This document shows positions 49,201 through 63,774 of a stretch of 64,000 bases of DNA, one piece after another; the first letter of the stretch is position 1; each line of letters opens with the position of its first letter. The position numbers were made by a program, and so were the translations under genes. Source of the stretch: Azolla caroliniana (Eukaryota > Plantae > Polypodiophyta); the NCBI GenBank assembly GCA_043228905.1, contig JBHGNT010000022.1, positions 10,540,001-10,604,000 on the forward strand. Reading direction: 5' to 3'. The notes under the pieces were generated by a model that ran no database searches, was not told where the DNA came from, and saw nothing but the letters and a program-made list of their open reading frames with translations.

Positions 49201-52200
49201 GGTTTGTTGATTCCGGAGCCTCAAACCATATGACATCTCATAAAGAATGGTTTCTCGAACTTCGAGAGCCGGAGTGACCCGGTTATGTCGAAACCGGAGT
49301 TGACACTACGCACCCAACGACACATCGGCAATGTTCCGTTCGGCGAAAGAGGTAAGCAAACATATATTAAAAATGTCTTGCATGTTCCCACCATCACGAA
49401 GAGCTCGGTCTCGGTCGGCCAAAGGGTTGGGCAAGGGATGCAAGTACGATTCGACCAAGAAGGGTGTTTCATCGAAAAAGAGGGCTGAATCATCGCGTGT
49501 CGAAGAAGAGAGGGCCGGATGTTCATTCTCGATTCACATGAGATGAAATCCACCATGTTCGTAAAAAGCATGAAAGATGACTCCGACATAGAGCTATGGC
49601 ACAAGCGAATCGGCCACATCAATCTCAGCAAACTCAAAGCAATCAAATCAAAAGGAGTTGTCATCGGACTCTCGACATTCAAAAAGAAGGAGATTGAAGG
49701 TGTATGCGAAGCTTGCCAATTCGGCAAACAACACCGACACGCATTGCTGAAAGAGCGGAACGTGAGCAAAGGTCTACTCGACGTAGTCCATTCCGACATA
49801 TGGGTACCGGCACAGACGACTACATTCCGCGAATGCCGATATGACGTGCTCCTCATCGATGACTTCTCCAGGCACACGTGGCTCTATCCGACGCGGCAAA
49901 AGAGCGAAGTGCTTGGAGACTTCCAAAGGTTTAAAACCGAAGTCGAAAAAGCCACGGGTTGTCATGTACGATGCCTTCGATCGGATGGCGGCAAGGAGTA
50001 CTTCTCAGACGATTTCACGGCGTATCTCCGAAAGGAAGGAATTCGACGAGAATTCACTTGCCGACACACTCCGCAACAAAACGGAGTAGCCGAGCACAAA
50101 AATTGGCACATCCTCGAAGTAGCGCGGGCCATGATGAACGAGAAGCATATGCCCAAGTAATATTGGGCTAAAGCTGTAAATATGGCCATCTACCTAATGA
50201 ACCGGTGCACAACATCCGGAGTGCACGAGGTCACTCCACATGAAAAATACTTCAGAAAGAAGCCGGACTTATCGGACACCCGGATATTCGGCGCGATAGC
50301 ATACGTGCACATCCCCGACGAGAAGCGTCCAAAGCTTGACCTGAAGTCGGAGAAATGTATCCTCGTAGGATACTCACTGGAGCAAAAGGGGTACAAGTGC
50401 TACAACCCCTCAACTTGAAAATCTCGAGTAAGTCGAGACGTTGTTTTTGGCGAGTCCGCATCCTAGTACGCACCAGAGACAACTTCGACTCTGACTCCGC
50501 TCGACCCGAAATCTGCCAAACAAGAGATAGAGGATGAAAATCGCCTTACGCGCATGTTCGAAGAAAGTTCGATCACGACCTGACTGAGCGGACCACAAGA
50601 GCCTTTGAGCAATCAAAGCACATCACGGCCTAGCCCGAAGATGGACAAAGGCAAGGTGAAAATGTCAGAATATGAAGACGATCGCTTCGACGATGATGAG
50701 TCAACTAACTCACTCGATAGTGACTTCGGCGTGTACCAATCGGAGCTAAGAAAGCCCTCATCTCTACAAATGAAAAGCTTCGTCACTCCACTCGTGAAAA
50801 GAATCCGTTCAGCCGATTCGGCTCCAACGACTACATGGCATATCACTATGCCTTTATGATGAACGTGGCGACAGTACGCGAGCCGGAAACATTTTCAGAA
50901 GTAGCCAAGGATCCGCGATGGATCGAAGCCATGAATGAGGAAATGTAGGTACTACGCAAGAACGAGACGTGGGACCTCGTTCCCACTTCCCCACACAAAA
51001 AGGCAATCAGATGCAGATGGATTTACAAAGTGAAGTACAAAGCCAACAGTTTCATCAACCGCTGCAAAGCCAACTCGAGCACCCATCTGAAAGTTGTATG
51101 CCGACTCAAGAAGCCACTCTACGGCCTCAAGCAAGCACCGCGTGCTTGGCATTCGAAGATAACGCAAAATCTTCATCAAATCGGCTTCCGTATGTCAAAA
51201 TCGGACAACTCCCTCTATATATGAAGCGATTCCACAAATCCGATCGTCATCATCTTATATTTGGATGACGTAGTCATTGGAGGTGAGCATCTCGTCGAAA
51301 TCAATAAGGTCAAATTCCTCCTTTTCGATAAGTTAGAGATGACGGACATGAAGGAGCTCCACTACTTCCTCGGCATCGAGGTAATTTGGACTCCGGCCGG
51401 AATCATGCTCTCCCAACGGCACTACATCCTCAACTTGTTATACAAGTTCGGTATGGATGAGTGCAAATCCATAGCAACCCCACTTAATTTCAATCTCAAA
51501 CTAGATGCGACTTCCGGCACCAAAGCGTGTGAGCCGACTCAGTATCAACAAATCATCGGGAGTCTCATCTACCTCACGATCACTCAACCCGATCTCAGTC
51601 TCCTTAGTGAATTCATGCAAACACTGCGTGATACTCACTTGGATTGCGCTAAGCGAGTTCTACGATACGTGAGCGGCACAATGGATTACGGCATCCTCTA
51701 CAAGACCACGATGCCAATACGACTCGAGGGGTACACATACGCCGATTGGGCCGGCTACAAAGCCGATAGGAGATCAACCTCTGTATTTGTTTTTTCCCTC
51801 GGCAGCGGAGCAATATCCTAGAGCAGCAAAAAGTAACCCATCGTCGCTCTTTCGAACACAGAGGCGGAATACAGGAGCGCGACAGTGGCCGCATGTGAAG
51901 CCGTATGGCTCAAAAGGATACTCAAGGATCTAGGTGTACCCATCAAGGATCCAACTTCCCTTTATTGCGACAACATGAGAAGTATCTATCTCGCTCGGAA
52001 CCCGGTGTTCCACACACGGACAAAGCAGATCAAAGTGCACTATCACTTCATTCAAGAGTGCGTTCTACCTGGCGATGCCGACCTACAACACATCAACACA
52101 AATCTTCAAATGACCGACATCTTCACTAAAGCCTTAGGAGCCGACAAGTTGTGGCAATTCATGACCAATGTCGGATTGATGATCCCTGACCTACCAAGCT

Positions 52201-52896
52201 TGAGGGGGAGTACTGATGACACTACACAATAACGCGTGGATTCCGCAACCGCGCAATGAAGCTGCGAAGTGTGGATTCCACAACCACGCAATGAAGCAGC
52301 GAAGCCACGAAGAGCTGATCTACCATGCAATGCCACGAAGAAAGAGGCAAGCCGAAGCACAGACTTCGCAACTACGCACAACGCAAGTTGGAGCACGGAT
52401 TCTGCAATTCCGCATAAATGCGAGTCGATGTGGACTCTAGAACGCGAGTCGAAGCAGATTTCGGATAACGTCTAAAACTGACCCGACTTGAGCTTGAGGG
52501 GGCGTTTTGAGAATCAAGCTCAACTTGGTCTAGTGTGTGAACTCACCTTGAGAGTGAATAGACACTCCAACGGTCAAGAGTCACCATTATGTCACCACTT
52601 TGTATTCTAGCATTTAATATGAGTCATAGAATCATATTCTATGACACATAACTTATGAGCTTTCACATTCCCCATGCTCCATGAGTCTTGTAGTTAATGA
52701 AGAGAGAGGGTGACTATATAAATCAGCCTCCTCCCACCTTGTGAATTGTTGAGTCTTTCTCCTTTGTTAATATATTTTACCTTGTGTATTCTCTGTGTCT
52801 TACTCCTTGTCTCTCTCACTTTCTCTCTCTCTCTCTCATACACACACATAACTCACATCTCTTCCGTGTCACAAGAATCATATCCGATTCTTTACG
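40261..52896 (+). mobile_element. Degenerate Ty1/Copia, interrupted in gag by the Gypsy at 40973-48300
   Basis: LTRs at 40261-40652 and 52505-52896. TSD CTGGC; removal restores host FFW|PK. Met-i PBS at 40653. Gag, WFVDSGASNHMT, GAG-pre-INT, INT, RT (internal deletion near 51075), RNase H and a PPT at about 52496 are present. Confidence 0.92.
40973..48300 (-). mobile_element. Ty3/Gypsy with tRNA-Trp PBS and 4-bp TSD, three-LTR structure, degenerate gag-pol
   Basis: LTRs at 40973-41497 and 47168-47834, plus a terminal fragment at 48238-48300. TSD ACGC; removal restores host PGY|ATWEQ. Protease DHGSEINL; RT PYSNRWF..RFIQDLQPVN..FLDD; RNase H VDTS..G.GW; INT AYNPEANG, WFGPY. Confidence 0.92.
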
Positions 52897-55800
52897 CTGG
52901 CCAAAAAGGAAACCTGAGGTAGAGTCCTATGTTATTCGTTGTCCACATTGTCAAGTCATTAAGCCCAAGCGACAGAAAAAACATGGCTTATTGCAACCTC
53001 TCGATATTCCAACTGAAAAGTGGCAAAGTATATCCATGGATTTCATCGTTGGATTACCTCGTTCCGTTGAGGGAAACAATGCCATTTGGGTGGTTGTTGA
53101 TCGGCTTACGAAGATGGCAAGATTCATTCCAACAAAATCCACAATTACGACAAAGCAATTGGCTATTAAGTTTATTAAACATTTTATAGCTTATATGGTC
53201 TACCGATGGAGACTGTAAGTGATCGAGACTCCAAGTTTACAAGTACATTTTAGTCAGAAGTTATGCAGAAACTGTAAACAACCTTGAGTCTCAGTTCTTC
53301 TGATCATCCTCAGTCAGATGGGCAGATTGAGAGAGTGAATTCGATATGTTGAGAGCATATGTAGCTCAGAAACCCTCATTATGGGAGACTTACCTTCCTA
53401 TGGTGGAATTTGCCTTCAACAACGCTAAGCATACATCAACAAAATACAGTTCGTTCGTGTTGATGTATGGTTATACGCCTCGTCCTCCTATTGATGTTTC
53501 TTTTCATTCGCATACTTTGGATAGTACAAAGGATTTTCTATCTGATATTCTTGAAGCACGTAAATTGACAGAAGAAAACCTTAAGATTGCGCAGGACAGA
53601 AATGTCTTTCATGCGAATCATGATAGAAAACCAAGCGAATTTCACATAGGACAACAAGTTTTTCTACGGGTTCCTAAGGACTCAGAAACATTGAGAACAG
53701 GAATGTGTGCAAAATTAGCCCCACGGTATTGTTGACCATATAAAGTTTTAAAACGTATAGGTCCCAATGATTATCGTTTGGATTTGCCTTCCAACGTGAT
53801 GGTTCATCCCGTATTCCATGTGAGTCGATTAAAGGAGGCGATTGGTTATGATGATAATATTGTAACACCATCTAATTTATCGACATTAGAGGATGATCAT
53901 TTTGCTCCACATGAACCCGAGAGAATCCTTGACCATAGGTCTAGAAACCTAAGGTCAAAAGTTGTTCATCGCTATAAGGTTAAGTGGAAGGATAGATTGG
54001 AAGAAGACAACACATGGGAAACTGAAGAGACATTACGCAAACATTTTCCTAACTTCCCATTGTAAGAGTGCAATTAAACGGAGGGGGGGAATATGTAATG
54101 TTCATTGGTTTAGACGTGCTTATTAGGGAGCTATCATACTGTAATATCTGAGTCGTCGGCTTTATTGGACTGACCTAATGTGTGTGATAGGGTACCCCGC
54201 ACATGATTGGTCAGGTAGATGTCATTACATGGCCTAGGTCCTATAAATAGGGGAGATTCTCCTTGGTTAAGGGGAGGCCCCATGAGTGGTTCAGACAAAG
54301 TTCTCTTTGATGTGGACTAGTCATCTACCAAGGTCTTGACGTGGAGATCCTGGCTGGTATGGGACAGATCAGTCCTCGTCTGTGTTGTCGACTCTAGCGC
54401 GGGGGCGAATGGGTGGTAACACGCATTTTCAGTATGATTGTATCTTTTATAAATTTATTTTAGGATTAATGATCTTGGTTATTATACTACTGGAGTACCA
54501 ATCGATACAATCGTGGGGGGCATTGTTACGAAAATTGACGACCTACAAACAATCGCCGAGGATTCAACGAGGGCCGTCCAAACGGACCCAATTGACCGCA
54601 TAAGGACCAACGCCGTTATGACGAAAGTTCAGAGGATGACTGTCGCCAAGAGCCACGACAAGAATACCGTCAACAACCCCGGAATAAGAACAGGCCACTC
54701 CAGCATAACCGAGACTAACAAGTAGTACTGGCGGAAACTAATACACCCCTAAAAGTGGAGAGAGGCGAGTCCAACGTACACTGTTTCGTGTGTCAACAAC
54801 CCGGTCATTACGCGACGCATTGCCCACGTCGAAAAGGAAAAGAGGCAACCATGAATACCATCACAACAGAAGTCCAACTAGTCACAACACGGCAACATGC
54901 GACGAGTGTAGACTGGGCAGAACAAGATGAGATACACAAGGCAGCCTAGGATTGGGTAGAAAAAGCAAATGCGGCAAACGTGGAACGAATGAAGCATGAG
55001 TCCGCAAACGACAATTTACCAAGGAAAGAAAATGCGTCCTCACCGGATCCCATATGGCAAGCATTGGTGGACTATTAGATAACAATGACCATGGATAAGC
55101 TTCTCCGACTTGTGCCACGCTTCCGGCAAGTCGTAGAAAATCACATAAGAGGAAATGTCGGATTAGCTGTCTCAGAAAATTTTGCGGAGTCGAGTACAGG
55201 GCCAACCGTCGTAGATCATCACAATCCAGCCATTAAGTTGGTACTGCAAGGACAGGAAATCTCGGGTTGTATTAGTGATGGGGGATCTGGTGTTAATGTC
55301 ATCAGTACGAATGCATGCACACGACTAGGCATTACAGGTTGGGAAGCATGCCCATTCTGGCTAAGCATGGCGGACACCCACTCTGTCAGACCCTTGGGGT
55401 GAATCCAGAAACTAGGCATCGTCATTGGCAGCCATCGCTTCGACATCTCTGTGGTAGTGCTTGCCCTAGACTTCCTGAGAGCATACCCATTATTGCTCGT
55501 TCCATTATTCAAAATTGACGTCATAGAAACCGTTGCGGAATACGCCCCACCTAACACGCTACAGGAAGCTGCATACGAACCAAACTCGGAGTTGCTGATG
55601 GAGTTAAGTAGAGCACGTGCAACGTTCGAGAGAGAAATGGAAATCTCACGGCGAGTCACCATTGAGGTATTCGAAGAAGTCAATATCGGAACCTGGAACC
55701 TCGACTACTCTCAATTGCGAAGGATTTGGTCCCAAGTGAGAAGAGGACAATGATCAAGCTGCTCAAGGAATATAAGGATGTTTTCATATGGTCACATGAT

Positions 55801-56793
55801 GATATGCAGGGGTTGGATCCCAAATTCTATAAGCACAAGATCAACTTGTCCATCGACGCAAAACTGGTGCCCCAGCGTCGCTATTGGATGAACTGGAATT
55901 ACGCAGTTCACGTAAAAGAAGAGATTGACAAACTTCTAAAAATAGGGTTTATCCAACCAGTGAAGTAGGCCATGTGACTAAGCCCGATCGTCGTGGTACC
56001 AAAGAAAAATGGTAAAATCCGCGTTTGCATGGATTATCGGAAGCTCAACGCCGTAACGATAATAGATGCGTTTCCCTTACCCGTCACCGATAGCGTACTA
56101 GACGCGGTCGCGGGCCATGACATGTATAGTTTTCTAGATGGTTTTAGCGGATACAATTAGGTACGCATGCAACCTTACGACTAGGAGAAGACTGCATTCG
56201 TCAAGGAGTGGGGTGTTTTCGTCGTTGTGGTCATGGTGTTTGGCCTAAAGACGGCACCTGCAACGTTTCAACGAACAATTACGGAGATTTTTGGGGATTA
56301 CATAGCCGCCTTTATGCAAGTCTTTCTCGACGATTTCACGGTATATGGAACACGAGTTGAACATTTGGGCCATCTCCGAGTTAGTTTGAAACTACTCCAC
56401 AACCGATCTTCAAGCCTTGGGGATGATATATAGCATCAACAAATTCCGGCATTATTTGTTAGGGCGCATATTTACGTTCCACGTAGATCACGCGACATTA
56501 CTATATCTAGTTGACAAGCAGGCACTGATAGGGAAGCTGGTTAGATGGATGCTACTTCTCTAGGAGTTTGACTTCACAATTTAGCATTGACTTCACATTC
56601 TGAGGATCTTGACTAGGGCATCACAAGCAGAATGAATTTTCCGGATCGTTGGCTGGTGGAAATGACGTACTTTCTGACTACGGGACTACCACCTCCGCAG
56701 TTAAGGATGGATGAGAAGAAACGGCTGGTTGTCCGCAGTCGTAACTTTTGCCTGGTCGAAGGGGTCCTTTACCACAAGGGCAGCGATGGGATC

Positions 56794-59700
56794 TGTTATG
56801 TACACATAACGTTGGTGAGGGTAGGTCACTAATATTTGCATTAGTGAAGGGCATGTTCACTATTATTAAAAAGGGGACTAATGATTGGATAGAATGAATG
56901 ATATGTGCATGCACTATCATGATTTAGACAACCAATGAATAGAGAGCCTTTTAGAAAGGCACATCTATTCAAGGGGCCTAGGAAAAGGTATAAATATGAG
57001 GCTTAGCTACCCTCATAGGAATCACGTCGGAAGGCTGCTGTCGTAGACACCGGTGGTGCGGGCTAGGCTTTCGTCTCGACGATCGTGTTTATCTCTTCCA
57101 AGGTATTAGTCATCCTAATATCCGGCGGTATGGGACGTCGGTGGTAGGTTGGCTATGTCTAGATCATAGCTCGGGGGTGGTCGGGTGGAACGGGTTCTTC
57201 TATCCAATCTATTTTCTTCCTTTTTACTTGATTTGGTCTATTGATTAGTAATAGACTCTTAACAGTGGTATCAGAGCTTTTACTAACAATTTTTTTGTTG
57301 TTTTGATGTTTTTTGCGTGTGAGCGAGGGGGATCTAACAAGGCTCGTCATGCTCTTCTCAGGATCAAAACAACACTCTAAACCCGGTATTCTTCTTTTTT
57401 TATCTCTTCTCTTTTTCTATTATGCATTCTTTATGGTCGAATCAAATTGGTATTACGTTTTATTCTCTTTCTTTCTAGCTCCTACTACGCTACGATTTTA
57501 CTTATTATTATGCATCGGGCCGAGCGTGTTTGCACTAATCGCACACGCTCAACTCATGGCCTTTTGCATATTGCGATATATATCCCACTCTCTCCTCTCT
57601 TGAACTCTTACGATAATAATTATTCTTGTGCATTGGGTCGAGCGTGTTTGCTCTAATCGCACACGCTTATCTCATGGCCGTTTTGCATATGATGTTGAGT
57701 ATACCACTCTTCCCCTCGATTGAGCCATCACTTGGCCGATTCTAAGGGATGATGTGGCCTTGACGAGGTATATGTCACTTACCTATGCCACTTTCCTCTT
57801 TAATTAGCCATTACTTGGCCGATTCTAGGGATATGTGGTGGTCTTGAGGAGGTGCATGTCAACTACCCTAGGGTTTCGTATCTTAGGGCATGTTTGATTC
57901 CATACACCTAATTGTTGATTATTCTAATTAAATTTTAATTTCATAAGTATTGTTTCACTTATATGATTTTCTAGTAATTATTATTTACCCGCCCACAATT
58001 AACTCTCCTTTTTCCACTTCCTTTTCATGTATAAAGTATTTACATCGTTTATTTTTAATGTAACCTTTACGTGTAGACTATTTTTTTCGTATGGAGTGGC
58101 TTGTTGAACGATTTTTTTTTTTTTTTTTCAACGGGTCATCTAGGTTTAACTCTTATCATCAAGCCTTAGAAAACGAGTAAAACCATATGAGTTCCCTTAT
58201 TGATGTTTTACTCATGGATTTGAGTATTACATCTTTGCGCACAACACCGTCATCACTTGTATCAATTTGTGGCTTATGTCACAATTGTGCAAGTTATAAC
58301 AATCATATTGGGATGTATATGTGCATACCTTGCACTTCCCATTTATTTGTGACATTGTTTTTTTTCGTAGGTAACACATGGGTTCTTTTTTTATTTTATT
58401 TAATTAATTTATTTATTTATTTTACCCTTGTTTTCGTCACTACTTAACTCTTATGAGTAGTGCCTTATTTTATCATTTTATCATCACGTTTGCTTATTGC
58501 TCGCAAGACTAGAATATTACTTGTGAGTGCACTTGATTTTTCACGTAATACACTTTCTCGACCATATAATACATGATGGGTTGGCATTAATATAAGGCTA
58601 TCTAGGAAATTTCATTGATGTAAGAACCATGGTTGAGCCTCGGGGAGCCGCCATGATTACTCAAGATAGAGATCCGAGAAATATATCTTAGCTATGTTTT
58701 CCCCCATGGTTTTTAAAACACCATAGTGTTACCATAGTTATCGGATCTCGAATCACATCTCATATGTCTAGAGGGGTAAAGACATGAGATACTTTCTTGG
58801 ATAAAGTTCTTTCAATCAAAATTTCAAGCATTCATTTTGCTTGTGTATTTTCTGAACCTCCTTATTTTATTCCATACCCACAGCGTGCATCATGGAACAA
58901 GTTTTGAACGCAGTTGGAACGATCTCTCCAAATGAGACCTCTCAACCCCAATCCGCATCTCGCACACAAGCTGAGATCACTATTGAGCAATTGCTCACTA
59001 CTACCTTGAATCAATTGGCCGAAATGAGACAGGCCAATATGGCATTGGAAAAGAAATTCCAAGAATTAACTATTGAGTCCAAGAAAGAAGGTGAACCTTC
59101 CTTCGTAGTCACGCCTTTCAAGGGAGATAAGAAAGAAAGAACCGAGGAGGCTATTAGCACTTGGCTTGGTTGTTGGGAGTCTCACTTTGAGCTTCATCCC
59201 AAGCCCGATGCAGTAAAAATTGGTTATGTCGGTCGTGAGTTAGGTGGCCGAGTTGCTGCTTGGTGGCGTGGCCTAAGGACCGCAAAAAAACTTACCCACA
59301 ACTTGGGAAGGTTTCGTTGATGTTTTTAAGAAACAATTCTTGCAGCCACCTTCTCAAACCGAACAAGCGCAACACTTGCTCACATTGTCTAGTAAGCCAT
59401 TTACCTCTCTCGAGGATTATGTGCATCACGCTCGGACCCAGATCCAAAAATCGGGACTTACGGGTGAGAAATGGTTTGTCGCTTGTTTTTTGAATGGTAT
59501 TCCCAATGGGGATTATCATTGGATTGTCCATGACAAGGACCCCACAACTTTCGAGGAAGCCGTCAACATTGTGCTGCGATACCATAGGACTTCCAAGAAA
59601 GACCACAATAAACCTGAGTTCGCCAAAACTCCGAATGTCAAGTTCATTGGGAAACGTAAGCAATCCAGTGACACTCTTGACCGCGACTCAAAGAAACCGA

Positions 59701-62700
59701 ACCTCTTCTGTGCATATTGCAAGAAGCGGGGCCACACAAAGGATACCTGTCGTCGTCTTGAGAGGAAGTCAATGAACACCCCTCCTCAAGACAAATCTAC
59801 GAGTCACACAGGTGAGTCTTTTGATATTGTTGAAGTTCATACCAATCACTTAAGTTTATGTGAATGCACTTTTCCTTCACATTTACTTGGACCTAATGAT
59901 TTACTCCGAGCAGTCGGATATATCAATGGAACACAAGCACATTTCTTGTTTGATTCCGGTAGTTCTCACAATTTTCTTAATGATCACTTTGTGCAGCAAA
60001 TGGAGCTCCACATAAACGCAAGTGATCATATCTATCAAGTTCACATGGCAAATGGAAACGTTCAATACATCAGTGGCATTGTTTGTCAACTGCCAATTCA
60101 AATAGATACTTATTTGGAGAAGCTTGACTTTCATGTTATGAAATTACAATCCGCAGATGTCATTTTAGGATATCCTTGGTTTTTTAATAAAAACCCTTCT
60201 TTGTCCATTGATTGGGTTAATCACTCAATCACATTTGAACTTAATAATTGTAAACATTTTATTCAATGTTCCAAACTTCCTTCTCATTCACTTGTGTCTT
60301 CTAAATCTTTAAGTGAGTATTCTAGTTCATTAATTTATTCGTGTGTAATTGATCCTGCGATTCAATTTTATTATTTTAATATTGACGCCACACAATTACC
60401 ACATTTTGAGCAACGATTACTCGACTCTATTTTAGAGGATTTTCAAGATGTGTTTCCTACTGAATTACCGCTTACTTTACCACCTAAACGTAATGTGGAC
60501 CATCAAATTGAACTCATCCCTGGGGCTGCTCCTGTGAGCATTCCACCTTACCGACTTAGTCGATTAGAAGAGGATGAGATCGCTAAACAACTTAAGGAAT
60601 ACTTGAGTATGGGCCACATTAGGTATAGTAAATCACCTTGGGGTGCGCCAGTTCTATTAGTCAAGAAGAAGGAAGGTTCGTGGCGAATGTGTATCAATTA
60701 TCGCCGTTTGAATAAAATGACAATTAAGAATGCATATCCATTACCTCGTGCCGATGATTTGATTGATCGTTTGCACGGGGCTCGATATTTTACGAAAATT
60801 GACTTACGAACTGGTTATCATCAAATTCGCATCGCCGAGGATGATATTCCTAAAACCGCTTTTCGTACGCGCTATGGCCATTATGAGTTTTTAGTCATGC
60901 CATTTGGGTTGACTAATGCTCCAGTCACATTCCAACAAGCGATGAATGATGTTTTCCGAGATCAACTCGGTGATTTTGTTGTCGTCTTCTTGGATGATAT
61001 TTTGATATATAGCCGTACCTTGCAAGATCATGTTCAACATGTTCGATTTGTTTTGCGAAAGTTGCGTGACAACTCTTTCTATGCAAAACATTCAAAATGT
61101 GACTTCTTCCAAAAATCTATTGTGTACCTAGGTCATTTAATTACAGAAAATGGCGTTGAAATTGAACCTTCTCGTATTGAAAAGGTTAAACTTTGGCCCA
61201 TTCCTCGTAATATTCGTGAACTTAGATCATTCTTAGGGTTTGTTGGATTTTTACGAAAATCAATTCGTAACTATTCCAAATTGACTACGCCATTAACTGA
61301 CCTTTTAAAAGGTCATCCACGTAAGTCTGTCAAACCAATTTCATGGAATGAACAACTTGACAAATCATTTGAGACACTCAAGGAGCATGTGTGTCAGGCT
61401 CCCACTCTTCTATTACCAGACCCTTCTAAGCCTTTCTCAATTGAAACCGATGCTAGTGATTATGCTATTGGTGCCGTTCTTTATCAAGGTGGTCACCCTA
61501 TTGCTTTTGAAAGTAAGAAGCTTGATGCTGCTCAATCTCGGTATTCGGTTCAAGAGAAAGAGTTGTTTGCGGTGATACACGCACTTAAAACATGGAGGCA
61601 CTATCTCTATGGAAATAAATTTGTGGTTACAACAGACCATCAATCATTAAAGTATTTTTGTGACCAGCCCGATCTTGTTGGTCGTAAAGGCCGTTGGGCT
61701 GACCTTATGCAAGATTTTGATTTTTCCATACGATATCGCAAGGGTTCTATGAACACCGTTGCTGATGCTCTTAGTCGCATTAAAGAAGTTAACATGCTTA
61801 GCTTCACGGAAATAAAATTTGATCTTTTAGATCACCTTCGAGGGAAATACCTTGATGACAGTTATTTCTCAAAATACTGGACGAAAGCCGAATCTGGTTT
61901 AGATGCCGATACTAGCACCCTACCCTCGAAGGCGACCTTTCACATTACAAACGGTTTGCTCTACCGTAGTGGAAAGGTCTGTGTTCCAGATTTACCAAAT
62001 GTTAAACAGAAATTTTTTCATGAATGTCATGATGCACCATCTGTTGGTCATCCTGGAATACAACGCACACTCGTTCTCATCTCGTGTACTTTTTTCTGGC
62101 CTAAGATGCGCTCTGATGTGCATAAATACGTAACTCAATGCTTACAATGTCAGATTAATAAGTCGGAACGACTTAAAGCTGCTGGTCTTTTACATCCCTT
62201 AGATATTCCCAACAATAAATGGGAAAGTATCTCGATGGATTTTATTGTTAGTTTACCTCGTACACAGAGGGGTCATGATGCCATATGGGTTGTCGTTGAC
62301 AGGCTAACAAAATTAGCTAGATTTATTCCTACAAAAACCACGGTAACCGCTCAACAGTTGGCTTATCAATTTATTGATGAGTTATTTCGTTTTTATGGAT
62401 TACCGATGGATATTGTTAGTGATCGAGATTCCAAGTTTACTAGTGACTTTTGGACTCAGGTCTTTAAGAAACTAGAAACTACGTTGAGCATGAGTTCCGC
62501 AGATCATCCTCAGTCTGATGGACAAACTGAACGAGTTAATCAAATTATTGAGGACATGCTTCGAGCTTATGTAGCAAAAACCCCTTCTAAGTGGGAGCAA
62601 TACCTTCCTATCTTAGAATTTGCCTATAATAGCTCTAAACATACATCCACTGGATATAGTCCTTTTATGTTGATGTATGGTTTTCAGCCACGTGCCCCAG

Positions 62701-63774
62701 TTGATGTCACGATTCATCGTGATACATTAGACAGTACACGCAATTTTTTGCAAGACATGAACCAAATGTTGCATATTGCCAAAGAAAATGTCAAGACAAC
62801 TCAAGATCGTGCTCGATTTTATGCTGATCAGGATAGACGTCCTCGTGCATTTACTATTGGTCAAAAAGTTTTTTTGCGTGTCCCGACTGATTCTACGTCA
62901 TTATCTACGGGCAAGTGCGCTAAGTTAGCCCCACGATATTGTGGCCCATTTGAAATCCTTAAGCGAGTTGGGTCATCTGCTTATCACCTTGCCTTACCTC
63001 GTAACGTTGGTATTCATCCTGTTTTTCACGTCAGTCGTCTAAAACCATTTTTAGGCTCCGGTGATAACACCATCACAATCCAAGATCTTGTAACATTAGA
63101 GGATTTTTCTTACAAACCTCATGTTCCTGAACGAATTCTTGATTCTCGTACTAAACGTTTACGTTCTAAAGAGATTCGGCTATTCAAGATCAAATGGATG
63201 GATAAACCTATTGATGATGCCACATGGGAACGCGAGCATTCGCTTAAGGCACAATTTCCTCACTTTATATTGCAAGAGTGCAATCTTTTGAAGTAGGGGA
63301 GTATGTTATGTACACATAATGTTGGTGAGGGTAGGTCACTAATATTTACATTAGTGAAGGGTATGTTCACTATTATTAAAAAGGGGACTAATGATTGGAT
63401 AGAATGAATGATATGTGCATGCACTATCATGATTTAGACAACCAATGAATAGAGAGCCTTTTAGAAAGGCACATCTATTCAAGGGGCCTAGGAAAAGGTA
63501 TAAATATGAGGCTTAGCTACCCTCATAGGAATCACGTCGGAAGGCTGCTGTCGTAGACACCGGTGGTGCGGGCTAGGCTTTCGTCTCGACGATCGTGTTT
63601 ATCTCTTCCAAGGTATTAGTCATCCTAATATCCGGCGGTATGGGACGTCGGTGGTAGGTTGGCTATGTCTAGATCATAGCTCGGGGGTGGTCGGGTGGAA
63701 CGGGTTCTTCTATCCAATCTATTTTCTTCCTTTTTACTTGATTTGGTCTATTGATTAGTAATAGACTCTTAACA
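56794..63774 (+). mobile_element. Young, nearly intact chromovirus (Ty3/Gypsy)
   Basis: 471-bp LTRs at 56794-57264 and 63304-63774 differ at only 3 positions by eye. TSD GGATC. Met-i PBS at 57266; PPT at about 63295-63303. Confidence 0.96.
58892..63296 (+). CDS. Chromovirus Gag-Pol polyprotein (capsid, CCHC knuckle, protease, RT, RNase H, integrase, chromodomain) with one +1 frameshift at 59284-59290
   Basis: ORF 58892-59320 plus ORF 59340-63296 (1318 aa). Motifs: CAYCKKRGHTKDTC, LFDSGSSHNF, FLDD, TDASDYAIGA, HECH..GH..CLQCQ, MDF, SDRD, GQTE, GPF, PERILDSR..FKIKW..ATWE. Confidence 0.93.

Larger units (their letters stand above)
35099..54486 (+). mobile_element. Degenerate chromovirus (Ty3/Gypsy with chromodomain), interrupted by the Copia at 40261-52896
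   Basis: LTRs at 35099-~35476 (3' end and PBS lost) and 54094-54486. TSD CTACC/CTACT. Gag starts at 36862; RT KIDLRTGYHQ..FLDD; RNase H DASDYAIGA; INT SISMDFI; chromodomain PERILDHR..YKVKW..NTWE. PPT at 54081-54093. Confidence 0.9.
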
